Below are positions 9,189 to 17,610 of a DNA stretch of 64,000 nucleotides, piece by piece. How positions within the stretch are numbered: the first letter of the stretch is position 1; each line of letters opens with the position of its first letter. The translations under genes were made by a program, and so were the position numbers. The stretch covers positions 128,001 through 192,000 of the IMG/VR virus record IMGVR_UViG_3300046318_000439; one strand, 5' to 3'. Origin of the DNA: a virus. Taxonomy: Duplodnaviria; Caudoviricetes. The notes under the pieces were generated by a model. The model saw nothing but the letters and a program-made list of their open reading frames with translations. It was not told the origin of the DNA and searched no databases.

Positions 9189-10376
9189 CTAGCCTCTTAC
9201 CTTTGCAAAGTTGGCTTTACTGAATTCTTTCCTATCGACAATCTTGGTAGGTCTATTATTAATTACGGCTACATGGCCTTCTGGTTTTGTTTCGGCACCA
9301 TCAATTGAGTGACCATATGATGTGTGGGATGATAATGCATTTGCTAATACATTCTTAGCAGATTGTAAATGGTGATGCAGTTGTAAAAGATTACCGAAGT
9401 GCTCTGAGTTTTTATCTACATGCCCAGTTAACTGTTTTCCTGCACTCAATATCTTATTCTTACCAGCTTCTGTTTTTAGTTTATCAGCAGCTTTGGTGTG
9501 GTGAAGGGTAAGGTGATCGTGATAACCTTCAACAGAAGGGGTTTCGTCGGTTCTTACCGTCTTATTAATATAAGTCTTCAAGTGGTCGGCGTGAGCTTCA
9601 GCAGCGTCATATCCCCCACTCTTTAATTTCTTGTGTAGTGCCTCAGCAGCTTTCATGTGTTGTTGGAACTCAGCAGCATGCTCAGGCTTGTATTTTGTTT
9701 TTGAGGTTTCGTGGTTAGTGTTAATTATATGCACATCTGGATGGTGAGTAAACCCCTCAGCATCAGAATTAAACTTTGCTTTAAGATCCCCAAACGAATT
9801 ACCACTATACGATGTGTGTACAGCAACTCCAATTTTAGAATCTTTAACATCTTCTGATTCTCCAGGCTTGTGAGTAGAGTATGTAATTGTATTTGGTGTA
9901 AAGTGTGCTTGACCTTTACTCAATGTAACATCACCATGTGGATTATCTTTGCTCTTTACGCCACTATGCATGATATCACCTTGGAATACACCTTTACTTG
10001 GTGTAACTTTAGGTAAATGCTTGAGAGCTGCTTTTAATTTTTCAACCAATCCTGGTGCATGTCCGTGATTCTCTTCAATATCTTTTTCAGAATAATTAAT
10101 CTTAGGATTCTTATTGAATGCAGATTTAGATGCTACGAAGAATTTACCACTTTCTGGATGTCGGCCAAACACAATTGATGGTGAACCATCATACTTTGTA
10201 CTAATAGACACATTACTTGTTTTACCTTGCAATGCATTATGAATACCAGTTAGCGTCTTTTTGGCATGATCAAACCCAGCAGAGCCAGCATTGAGGACGT
10301 GGTCTTCAGCATGCTCTAAGTGAGTTAGTTTATCTTCAGTTGTTGCCTCGGAAAGGAATTCTTTTATGTTTAGCAT
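9189..10376 (-). CDS. DUF6267-like protein, probable ATP-dependent ligase fold
   Basis: TKYDGSPSIVFG (motif I KxDG), VFQGDIM (III), PEGHV (IV), PTKIV (V). Confidence 0.6.
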   Translation of the reverse strand: MLNIKEFLSEATTEDKLTHLEHAEDHVLNAGSAGFDHAKKTLTGIHNALQGKTSNVSISTKYDGSPSIVFGRHPESGKFFVASKSAFNKNPKINYSEKDIEENHGHAPGLVEKLKAALKHLPKVTPSKGVFQGDIMHSGVKSKDNPHGDVTLSKGQAHFTPNTITYSTHKPGESEDVKDSKIGVAVHTSYSGNSFGDLKAKFNSDAEGFTHHPDVHIINTNHETSKTKYKPEHAAEFQQHMKAAEALHKKLKSGGYDAAEAHADHLKTYINKTVRTDETPSVEGYHDHLTLHHTKAADKLKTEAGKNKILSAGKQLTGHVDKNSEHFGNLLQLHHHLQSAKNVLANALSSHTSYGHSIDGAETKPEGHVAVINNRPTKIVDRKEFSKANFAKVRG

Positions 10377-10392
10377 GTATGTATTTATGAAC

Positions 10393-11787
10393 TTAGTATA
10401 TCTTAATAAAAGGTCCAGCTGTTGACAACTCTTTTTTGGCTCCGTAGAACAATACTCTCAAAAAGTCCTCTAATACACCTTTATTTTTAAAAACCAACAT
10501 ACTGGCTGCGTAATGCATGCCTTGTAGTTTGTTGGAAAAGCTGTTTGCAAACTTAACGCTATCTTCTTCTTTAAGGATAGCATCTTTTAGAAAAGCTTCA
10601 AATTGAGATGTAGTACGAATATAACTGCCCCAGTTTACCTGATCGTTGATAGTATCAAACAACTTTACATATTGCTTTATATCTTCTGGAGTCCAATTTC
10701 CAACTTTCGGTAGTTCCGATCCTTTGACGCGAGTTTGAGCATATCGTGTGAAAAAGCCATCTATCACGCCTGTTGGTACTTTACCTAATCGAGCACCCCC
10801 AGTGAACTTCGTCAACTCCGTCTGTACTGTTTCTCGTTCTCCCTGACCTGGGAACCCTCTTACCTGAGCTGGCACACTGCCATTCGTTTCACCTTCTATT
10901 CCAATTTTAAATGACATTTCTCTTGTGGTAAAGTCGGAACCCTGATAATCCAAATTTATAGTAATATCAGATAACAGTTTAAACTTTTCTTGTTTGGTAT
11001 TCTTTGTGGTTGACGCATTTGTTTCTTCTACGTGAGCTACTGAGCGCGTGTCTCCTAACCGTTTGAGAGAAATACCAATCAAAGTCTTTGATGCTAGCTG
11101 GGTTCGCATATATGCATTAAGAGCATCTAATCCTCCCTCACCATCATGATTTTTTCTCAACTTCATTATGGCTGCAGTTATTGATGATTCCTTATCTTTC
11201 TTAACAATATACACGTCTGCGGGGTTCCATGAGTCTTTACTCTTAACCCCAAACATTTTAGCGGTTGATTCAACAACCTCCATAATGCCATCTCCACGAT
11301 AGTAGTTGTAGGATTTGTTTGATCCCAAATACTTCTTAAGAGCAATGGACTGCTGTTCGAAAGTGTGTATCCATATATCGTTTACTAAAGGGTATATTTT
11401 ATACACCGATTCTGGCGATGGATACTTTCCCTTTTCAATATAGCTTTCAAAATAGAGACGAGAGCAATTTTCCTGCTTAGCTGTTTCGGCCGCATCACCT
11501 ACAGTTTGTTTGGCTTCGCCTGCACTACCAGATCCAAATTTAATATCAAGTTTTGATACATCGATGTTAGATTTCTTAAGAGTGGCAATCACTTCTTTAA
11601 TTAAAATGCCACTCCGTTCCACCTCGCGTGGAATCTTTACTGTTCTGAAATTTGTAGTAGGATCGAGAATTATACCGACTTTGTATACTTTTTGCACTAC
11701 ATCAAATAATAATGCTACTTGAGAAGAATACGCTTTCTTTTTGTCGACTATCTCTTTACTGGTTTTGGGAGCGAAGTTGAATGCCAT
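10393..11787 (-). CDS. Hypothetical protein, possible PD-(D/E)XK nuclease fold
   Basis: KQE...WNPADVYIV...LIGISLK pattern. Confidence 0.4.
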   Translation of the reverse strand: MAFNFAPKTSKEIVDKKKAYSSQVALLFDVVQKVYKVGIILDPTTNFRTVKIPREVERSGILIKEVIATLKKSNIDVSKLDIKFGSGSAGEAKQTVGDAAETAKQENCSRLYFESYIEKGKYPSPESVYKIYPLVNDIWIHTFEQQSIALKKYLGSNKSYNYYRGDGIMEVVESTAKMFGVKSKDSWNPADVYIVKKDKESSITAAIMKLRKNHDGEGGLDALNAYMRTQLASKTLIGISLKRLGDTRSVAHVEETNASTTKNTKQEKFKLLSDITINLDYQGSDFTTREMSFKIGIEGETNGSVPAQVRGFPGQGERETVQTELTKFTGGARLGKVPTGVIDGFFTRYAQTRVKGSELPKVGNWTPEDIKQYVKLFDTINDQVNWGSYIRTTSQFEAFLKDAILKEEDSVKFANSFSNKLQGMHYAASMLVFKNKGVLEDFLRVLFYGAKKELSTAGPFIKIY

Positions 11788-11850
11788 TATATTTCCTTTA
11801 TTTTATTTATCGCCCTAAAACGATAACAAAAAAGGTCAAATGACTATAGA

Positions 11851-12069
11851 TTACAATCCAAAGATTTTAGGACTATATTGAGTAGATCCATCGTTACGGA
11901 AATGATCTTCTAGCATCTCAAACACGAACGCTTCATCTTCCTTGCCACGACGCTCGAATTCTTCCTTAGCTGTTTTGAAGAACTGCACTAATCCCATATG
12001 GCTAATATGACCTGCACCAAGAGCTGCTGGTTTAGTATTTGCTTTTCGTTGAAACATCACTCTCTCCAT
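11851..12069 (-). CDS. Hypothetical protein
   Basis: Co-oriented ORF with GGAGAG RBS. Confidence 0.6.
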   Translation of the reverse strand: MERVMFQRKANTKPAALGAGHISHMGLVQFFKTAKEEFERRGKEDEAFVFEMLEDHFRNDGSTQYSPKIFGL

Positions 12070-12241
12070 ATATTAATTCAGTTAAAAATGCATGTGCTTT
12101 GACTTCACACTCAAAGTATCGCACAATTGACGTATTAAAGTCAACATTATAAAAGATTAAACATATGGAATCGTTGTTAAAAACGCTGCCTTGTATCACC
12201 CAACCGTTCAATAATAAAGGTCTAAGCGACACCAACTTCAT
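12032..12241 (-). CDS. Hypothetical protein
   Basis: Co-oriented ORF, overlaps neighbour. Confidence 0.45.
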   Translation of the reverse strand: MKLVSLRPLLLNGWVIQGSVFNNDSICLIFYNVDFNTSIVRYFECEVKAHAFLTELIYGESDVSTKSKY

Positions 12242-12243
12242 GA

Positions 12244-12732
12244 TTAGTTGTCGCGTTCGTACTTAGTACGGTGGTACTTTATCTTGTGTTTGTGAGCAAA
12301 ACGTGACCAAAGACCATATTCTCGTCCGTGCGCTTCTATTTCCCACGGAGTATCCCAGTAGTCCATAGAAGAAGGCATTCTTTTGCCTTTCCACACACTC
12401 ATATTCTCGTCTAACTCACCCAAAGCATATTGTTTTAAGTGGACAAATTCATGAGCCAAGGTCATCATCATATAACGCTTGGATTTATTTTTACGGATCT
12501 GAATAGTGAATTCACGAGGCTTTCCTCGCACATTATGACCAGTTACTTCGCAGTATCCATCCGCATCTTTATCGAGTTTGCTCATAAAGTCGATGTCTAC
12601 TGAGATGTGACGAGCGATTCTGTTGGATAAAAGCATACTAAGATAGAACTCACATGCTTTATGCACGGCGTTCTTGAACTTATTATCGGTTAATCCAGAA
12701 ATGCCTACTAACATACGGTTTTTAACGAACAC
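12244..12732 (-). CDS. Zincin-like metallopeptidase
   Basis: LAHEFVHLKQY (HExxH) and YWDTPWEIEA. Confidence 0.75.
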   Translation of the reverse strand: MFVKNRMLVGISGLTDNKFKNAVHKACEFYLSMLLSNRIARHISVDIDFMSKLDKDADGYCEVTGHNVRGKPREFTIQIRKNKSKRYMMMTLAHEFVHLKQYALGELDENMSVWKGKRMPSSMDYWDTPWEIEAHGREYGLWSRFAHKHKIKYHRTKYERDN

Positions 12733-12750
12733 GTCGTCCCTCGTAGATTA

Positions 12751-12924
12751 TTACTCGTCTTCTATATGTATCTGTTTTAGCTCTTTGTCAAGCTCCCACC
12801 ACAGGTCCACGGGCATGTGGAAAATAGCCATAAAATACTGGAATCCCATCACCAACGTCGTAAAAACGAAGTTGATGGGGAAGAGTACTGTCCAAGCACC
12901 TAGAATTGTTATATATTCTTTCAA
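12751..12924 (-). CDS. Small membrane protein (57 aa, TTG start, not in ORF track)
   Basis: Manual translation MKEYITILGAWTVLFPINFVFTTLVMGFQYF...; TTG overlaps the gp41 stop. Confidence 0.5.
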   Translation of the reverse strand: MKEYITILGAWTVLFPINFVFTTLVMGFQYFMAIFHMPVDLWWELDKELKQIHIEDE

Positions 12925-14309
12925 CTGAAGTTCTCAAAAACGTTTTTGTCAAATTTACGTTCAGACTTCATACGCTTTCCAGTATCGGTATTATCAAATA
13001 ACGGCTTATCATCCACAACATCATCTTGCGCATGTTGTTCAACGTCGTATAGCTTCATTTTAGCTCTATCTACACCGATAACAAACCTACGATGTACAGA
13101 TGGATCTCCAAAACGATTCTTCAGCTGTTTGACCATAATTTGATTCATTTCTTGCAATTCTTCAGTAGAAATTAATGCAAACATAAGGTCAGCTGTAGCT
13201 GGTAAACCAAACGACTCAGATGTATCCTCTAAACCAAGATCGGAACTCGTAAATCCTGAACGCGTTGTTTGTGTAGCACTCACAATTGGCACGTTAAATT
13301 CAACGGCTAATCCTCTAAGCTCTTCAGCAATGGCTTTAATGTATGTGTATGAATTAACATTAGAACCATACTTCAATCTAGAAGAAGCACAAATATTTAG
13401 ATAATCAATGTAAATGATATCCGGTATAAAGTTTCGTTTTAACTTTAATTCGTTCAATAAATGTCTAAAGTGAGCTGCTCCAGCACTTGCTGTTGGATAT
13501 TCTTTAATAATCAGTTTACCAGGAGATGAGGATCTGATACGTGCAACTTTCTTCTCGTAGATATCTCTTGGCAATAAAGCTAACTCATCCATCGATACGT
13601 TTAGTAGATTTGCATCAACACGTTCAGCGATTCGTTCTTCAGCCATCTCGCAAGTGATGTAAAGAACATTCTTACCTTTCGATATATTACTTGCAGCACA
13701 GTGACACATGAATAAAGACTTACCGACGTTAGTGCCTGCCAAAATAATATTCAATGTCTTGTTAGGCAAACCCCCTTTAGTAATACGATTAAAGTAATCC
13801 AAGTCAAAAGGCACGCGTGTTTCTTTACGGTGGTAGAAATCATAACGCGATTCAGCATCTTCTAAAAAGTCATGGCCAATGTGAGTATCAAATGAAACTC
13901 CCAATGCATCAGATAATATCTTAGGAATTGCTCCCTTATCTTCTGATGCATTCTTATTGTCGAGAATACCAATACTTTGATAGATCGCATTGTAGATTGC
14001 TTTGTCTTGACAGAACTTCTCAGTTTCATCTAGAAGCCAATTAACGTCAGCTGGTTTATCTTCTAACACATCAATAGCTTTTGTTAGCTTCTCGTGCTCA
14101 TCATCAGATAGACCAGGATAGTTATCTGCTTCAACATAAAGGGCTGTCTTTGTAGGAAAGTTATTATACTTCTCAACAAACTTTGCAATCACATTAAACA
14201 ATGACTGATCAACGCGACTCTGAAAATACTCCTTCTTAAGAAAAGGAATAACCTTTCTACCATACTCTTGATTAAATACTAGGTTAGCAAAAATTGTTTG
14301 CTCGATCAT
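12921..14309 (-). CDS. gp41: Replicative DNA helicase
   Basis: AGTNVGKS Walker A, IYIDYLNI, SATQTTRSG, QLKNRFGD. Confidence 0.97.
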   Translation of the reverse strand: MIEQTIFANLVFNQEYGRKVIPFLKKEYFQSRVDQSLFNVIAKFVEKYNNFPTKTALYVEADNYPGLSDDEHEKLTKAIDVLEDKPADVNWLLDETEKFCQDKAIYNAIYQSIGILDNKNASEDKGAIPKILSDALGVSFDTHIGHDFLEDAESRYDFYHRKETRVPFDLDYFNRITKGGLPNKTLNIILAGTNVGKSLFMCHCAASNISKGKNVLYITCEMAEERIAERVDANLLNVSMDELALLPRDIYEKKVARIRSSSPGKLIIKEYPTASAGAAHFRHLLNELKLKRNFIPDIIYIDYLNICASSRLKYGSNVNSYTYIKAIAEELRGLAVEFNVPIVSATQTTRSGFTSSDLGLEDTSESFGLPATADLMFALISTEELQEMNQIMVKQLKNRFGDPSVHRRFVIGVDRAKMKLYDVEQHAQDDVVDDKPLFDNTDTGKRMKSERKFDKNVFENFS

Positions 14310-14317
14310 ACTGTCGA

Positions 14318-15385
14318 TTACTCCTCAGTGATCATTTTAAGTTCTTCGTCAATTGATTCATCCGTAGACATAATCGAACCAGTAGATACTTGATAAGTTT
14401 TCTTAACCCAATCTTGGAATCCTTTATTCTGAATAACAGGGGCCCAGAAATCTTTCGTATCCGTATCCTTGATACGGAACTTCTTATCTTCTACAACTCC
14501 ATCTTCATCGACACGCGAGTACCAACCATTAGAAGGTTTGATAACGTGACCTGATTCTAAAGCCATATCAAGTAAACCAGACCAAGTTGAAATACCACCA
14601 TCATGTCTTACGGTAATAGGAATCTTAGACTTCTCACGCACATGACGTGATTTCTCTACGTTGATAATAAAGTTATAACCAATCAACTCAGTACCTTCTT
14701 TTTCTTGCTGACGACCTAAGATGAAGATATTATCAGCAGAGTAGTAAGAACCAGTACCGCCACCAACAACATCTTTAGAATATAACTCCAATGTCTTGTA
14801 TGTGTGATTAACAACAACCATTGGGATATCCTTTAGAGTTAGATGCGGTGTTACCATACGGAACAAACTCTTCATCTGTTTAGCACGACTCATATCTGCA
14901 GCAGACTTACCTTCCATTGCATCCTCTACTTCTTTCTTAGAAGCTAAGTTACCGATAGAATCAATAACAATGATCACATGCTCTTCACGTTCGATGCCGT
15001 GTAGCTGTTTCATAATGTCAAACTTTAATTGCTCTACGTCAGTAATAGGAGTGTGAACAACACGACCTAAGTCAATGCCAAACGATTCGAAGTATGATTG
15101 TGGTGTGCCAAACTCTGAGTCATAAAACAACATAACAGCATCTGGATACTTGTCCAAATAAGAACGAGCCATCAATAAGCTGAATGCAGTTTTGAAATGT
15201 TTAGATGGACCTGCCCACATAGTTAAACCAGGAGTCAACCCGCCATCGAGTCGACCACTCAAAGCAACGTTAATAGCTGGAATAGCTGTCGGAATCATAT
15301 CCTTTTTCTGAAAGAACTTAGAATCAGAAAGAATTTCAGTATCACTGATTGTACTATTCTTACGTAGTTTATTAATCAAGCTCAT
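14318..15385 (-). CDS. uvsX: RecA-like recombinase
   Basis: GPSKHFKT, FYDSEFG, IDSIGNLAS, VNHTY. Confidence 0.97.
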   Translation of the reverse strand: MSLINKLRKNSTISDTEILSDSKFFQKKDMIPTAIPAINVALSGRLDGGLTPGLTMWAGPSKHFKTAFSLLMARSYLDKYPDAVMLFYDSEFGTPQSYFESFGIDLGRVVHTPITDVEQLKFDIMKQLHGIEREEHVIIVIDSIGNLASKKEVEDAMEGKSAADMSRAKQMKSLFRMVTPHLTLKDIPMVVVNHTYKTLELYSKDVVGGGTGSYYSADNIFILGRQQEKEGTELIGYNFIINVEKSRHVREKSKIPITVRHDGGISTWSGLLDMALESGHVIKPSNGWYSRVDEDGVVEDKKFRIKDTDTKDFWAPVIQNKGFQDWVKKTYQVSTGSIMSTDESIDEELKMITEE

Positions 15386-15594
15386 TTTATTTCCTTTTCA
15401 AATTGGGTAGTGCCTAATATCCTTGTTAGTTTGACTAAGAAAACGCTCTCTTGCCAAACAAGTAATCTTATAATCACATAGGCAGCCATTGAGGCTACCG
15501 TAGAAAAGATCATTGATATAGTTGCTGCTGCTAATAATAAAATAGCAGCAACAATAACAACAATCATAGTAAAGGGGAGAAATACAATTTTCAT
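15382..15594 (-). CDS. Small membrane protein
   Basis: Hydrophobic 70-aa ORF. Confidence 0.5.
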   Translation of the reverse strand: MKIVFLPFTMIVVIVAAILLLAAATISMIFSTVASMAAYVIIRLLVWQESVFLVKLTRILGTTQFEKEIK

Positions 15595-15603
15595 AGTGTA
15601 GTT

Positions 15604-16692
15604 TTATTTCATATTAACGATAGAGTCTTTCTTAATCTCTACTATACCATCTTTCTTTTTCTGAATCAACCCTCTTGCACGTTTATACCATTGAGGGGAC
15701 CATGATTCTTTTTCTTTAGGAAAGGAGGTATCGGATGGCATGTGGTTCAGTTCCTCTTCTTCTGTTTCGAAAGGAGTATCTTTAGCATCACATCTTGGGT
15801 TAGGACAGAAGTGTCCTATTCCATCAGCATACACAACCGCTGTGTTGCATTTTACACAATTGCCATAATCTCGACTTCCCTTAGCGTGTAGGAAATCAAA
15901 CCAATCATCAACAATGCCGTCACCGTCTTGATCTTTGTTCGGTTGTACTGGTTCAATAATTTCCTTTTTGGATTGGGCGATGGAGTGATTAGCTGCCAAC
16001 AATAACATAATCGCAAGAGGATCAAACACAAACACTAAAATTAAAATAACAGCTCTTACAGCTTTTCCAATAACTCCCTCAGTTGAATCTCCGTAGACCA
16101 AGTCGGCAATGTATTTGATTGGTCCAACTTCTGCTTCAATTTTGAGGTTTTCTTTTCTGAGAGGAAGAGCTTTTGTATTGAGATCCTTAATAGCATTAGA
16201 CGCAGAAGCAATCTCAGTACCCAACGCTTTACGTTCCCTTGCCTGGCCACCACGTAGCTTGACAGCGGATTCTGTATCAGACTGATCAACCAATCGATCG
16301 AGAGCAGTAAGAGATTTCTGAGCATTTTCTAGCCTTCTTTGTTCTGATTGTATTTGTTGATCTAATAATTTTAACTCAATGCTCGTGTCACCACTCACAA
16401 GTGTTTGGTCGAGGTGAGCCTTAGACAAAAAGCCAAAAATCCCCATGCTAGTAATAAACATGAGGACTACAACAGCTAGAGTTAAATAATATTTAATGAA
16501 TCTTGGGGAATTGTTCCAATTCCTATACAACCATGATGCTGCCACTACCTTACCAGCTTCAAGCGTTGATGCCATAATAATAACTGGTATCATGGCTGCT
16601 GAGAAAATAACTGCAAGACCAACAATACTATAATACGCTGCCACAAAAGACAACATCAACGCTACCGCTAATGCAAGGTAATTAACTATCAT
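15604..16692 (-). CDS. Multi-TM membrane protein with coiled coil
   Basis: Three N-terminal TMs, TSMGIFGFLSKAH, VGPIKYIA, IFVFDPLA-type motifs common in T4-like phages. Confidence 0.7.
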   Translation of the reverse strand: MIVNYLALAVALMLSFVAAYYSIVGLAVIFSAAMIPVIIMASTLEAGKVVAASWLYRNWNNSPRFIKYYLTLAVVVLMFITSMGIFGFLSKAHLDQTLVSGDTSIELKLLDQQIQSEQRRLENAQKSLTALDRLVDQSDTESAVKLRGGQARERKALGTEIASASNAIKDLNTKALPLRKENLKIEAEVGPIKYIADLVYGDSTEGVIGKAVRAVILILVFVFDPLAIMLLLAANHSIAQSKKEIIEPVQPNKDQDGDGIVDDWFDFLHAKGSRDYGNCVKCNTAVVYADGIGHFCPNPRCDAKDTPFETEEEELNHMPSDTSFPKEKESWSPQWYKRARGLIQKKKDGIVEIKKDSIVNMK

Positions 16693-16975
16693 CGTTTACT
16701 ACGTCCTGTACTTTTTTAATGAATGCATCCATCTTCTCTTTACGATCAGGCCAATAGATGTAGTCTTTACCTTCATCCTTCGCTAGATTCTTTAGAAGTG
16801 GCATAATCATATTATAGAGCGTGCCTAACTTTTCTTGATAGGATTGATACACTCGTTTAATCTGCTGTTCCTGATTGGCAACAGTAGCTTCCAACTCTCG
16901 CTCAATGCTTTTCAACTCTTCTTCACTAACAGCTGAAAACCCAAAGTCAAAATCGCCAAGATCCTTGATTGTCAT
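16682..16975 (-). CDS. Conserved hypothetical protein (likely start 16975)
   Basis: DFDFGFSAV..EEL...LYNMIMPLLKNL..D..KDYIYWPDR pattern. Confidence 0.65.
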   Translation of the reverse strand: MTIKDLGDFDFGFSAVSEEELKSIERELEATVANQEQQIKRVYQSYQEKLGTLYNMIMPLLKNLAKDEGKDYIYWPDRKEKMDAFIKKVQDVVNDDS

Positions 16976-16976
16976 A

Positions 16977-17537
16977 TTATAAACCTTCGTAGATTGCTGA
17001 ATTGCCAGCATGCTCAAACACTTCAGCACTCTTTAGCTTAACACCTGATCCTACATTATAACGTGCTTGGAAGACGCGACCATCTGGATGTGTCCATCCC
17101 TTACCTTCTTGATACGCTGTTAATATTTCATTCATTGCTGTATAAGCTAGCTTTGAAAACAATTCACAACCAACACCATCCACTACGCGTAGATCACATA
17201 ATGCGCCACGCTCATTAGGTATCTTACTTAAATGATTTTCACTCTCTACATCAACAATTTCATTCATGTGTTCAAAAAAGTCTAGCATAGGATCATCCTT
17301 AGCTACAACCAACGTATGATCAAACATATAGTCAGCCCATTCCTTAAATGCCTTCAGTCCTCCAAAGTCCATAACCCAGTTACGGTCATCTAAAGTTTCT
17401 GATTCGAAAATAAGTTTAATGCCAATTGAGTATCCGTGTAGCAAACTACAGTGACTATGTCTGCTACGCCATTGGCGGAAGCAGCATGATAATCCACGAT
17501 CGGTACCATATGTTTTTGTTGAAAGATATTTTGCCAT
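16977..17537 (-). CDS. queD: 6-carboxy-5,6,7,8-tetrahydropterin synthase
   Basis: HSHCSLLHGY, WVMDFGGLK, FDHT, VGCE, EHAGNSA. Confidence 0.9.
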   Translation of the reverse strand: MAKYLSTKTYGTDRGLSCCFRQWRSRHSHCSLLHGYSIGIKLIFESETLDDRNWVMDFGGLKAFKEWADYMFDHTLVVAKDDPMLDFFEHMNEIVDVESENHLSKIPNERGALCDLRVVDGVGCELFSKLAYTAMNEILTAYQEGKGWTHPDGRVFQARYNVGSGVKLKSAEVFEHAGNSAIYEGL

Positions 17538-17610
17538 TTGTTTCTCCTATGTTGTACTATATCATAGGCTTGCAGAATTTATAAAGCGGGATGAATGCCA
17601 CGAGGCCGCT

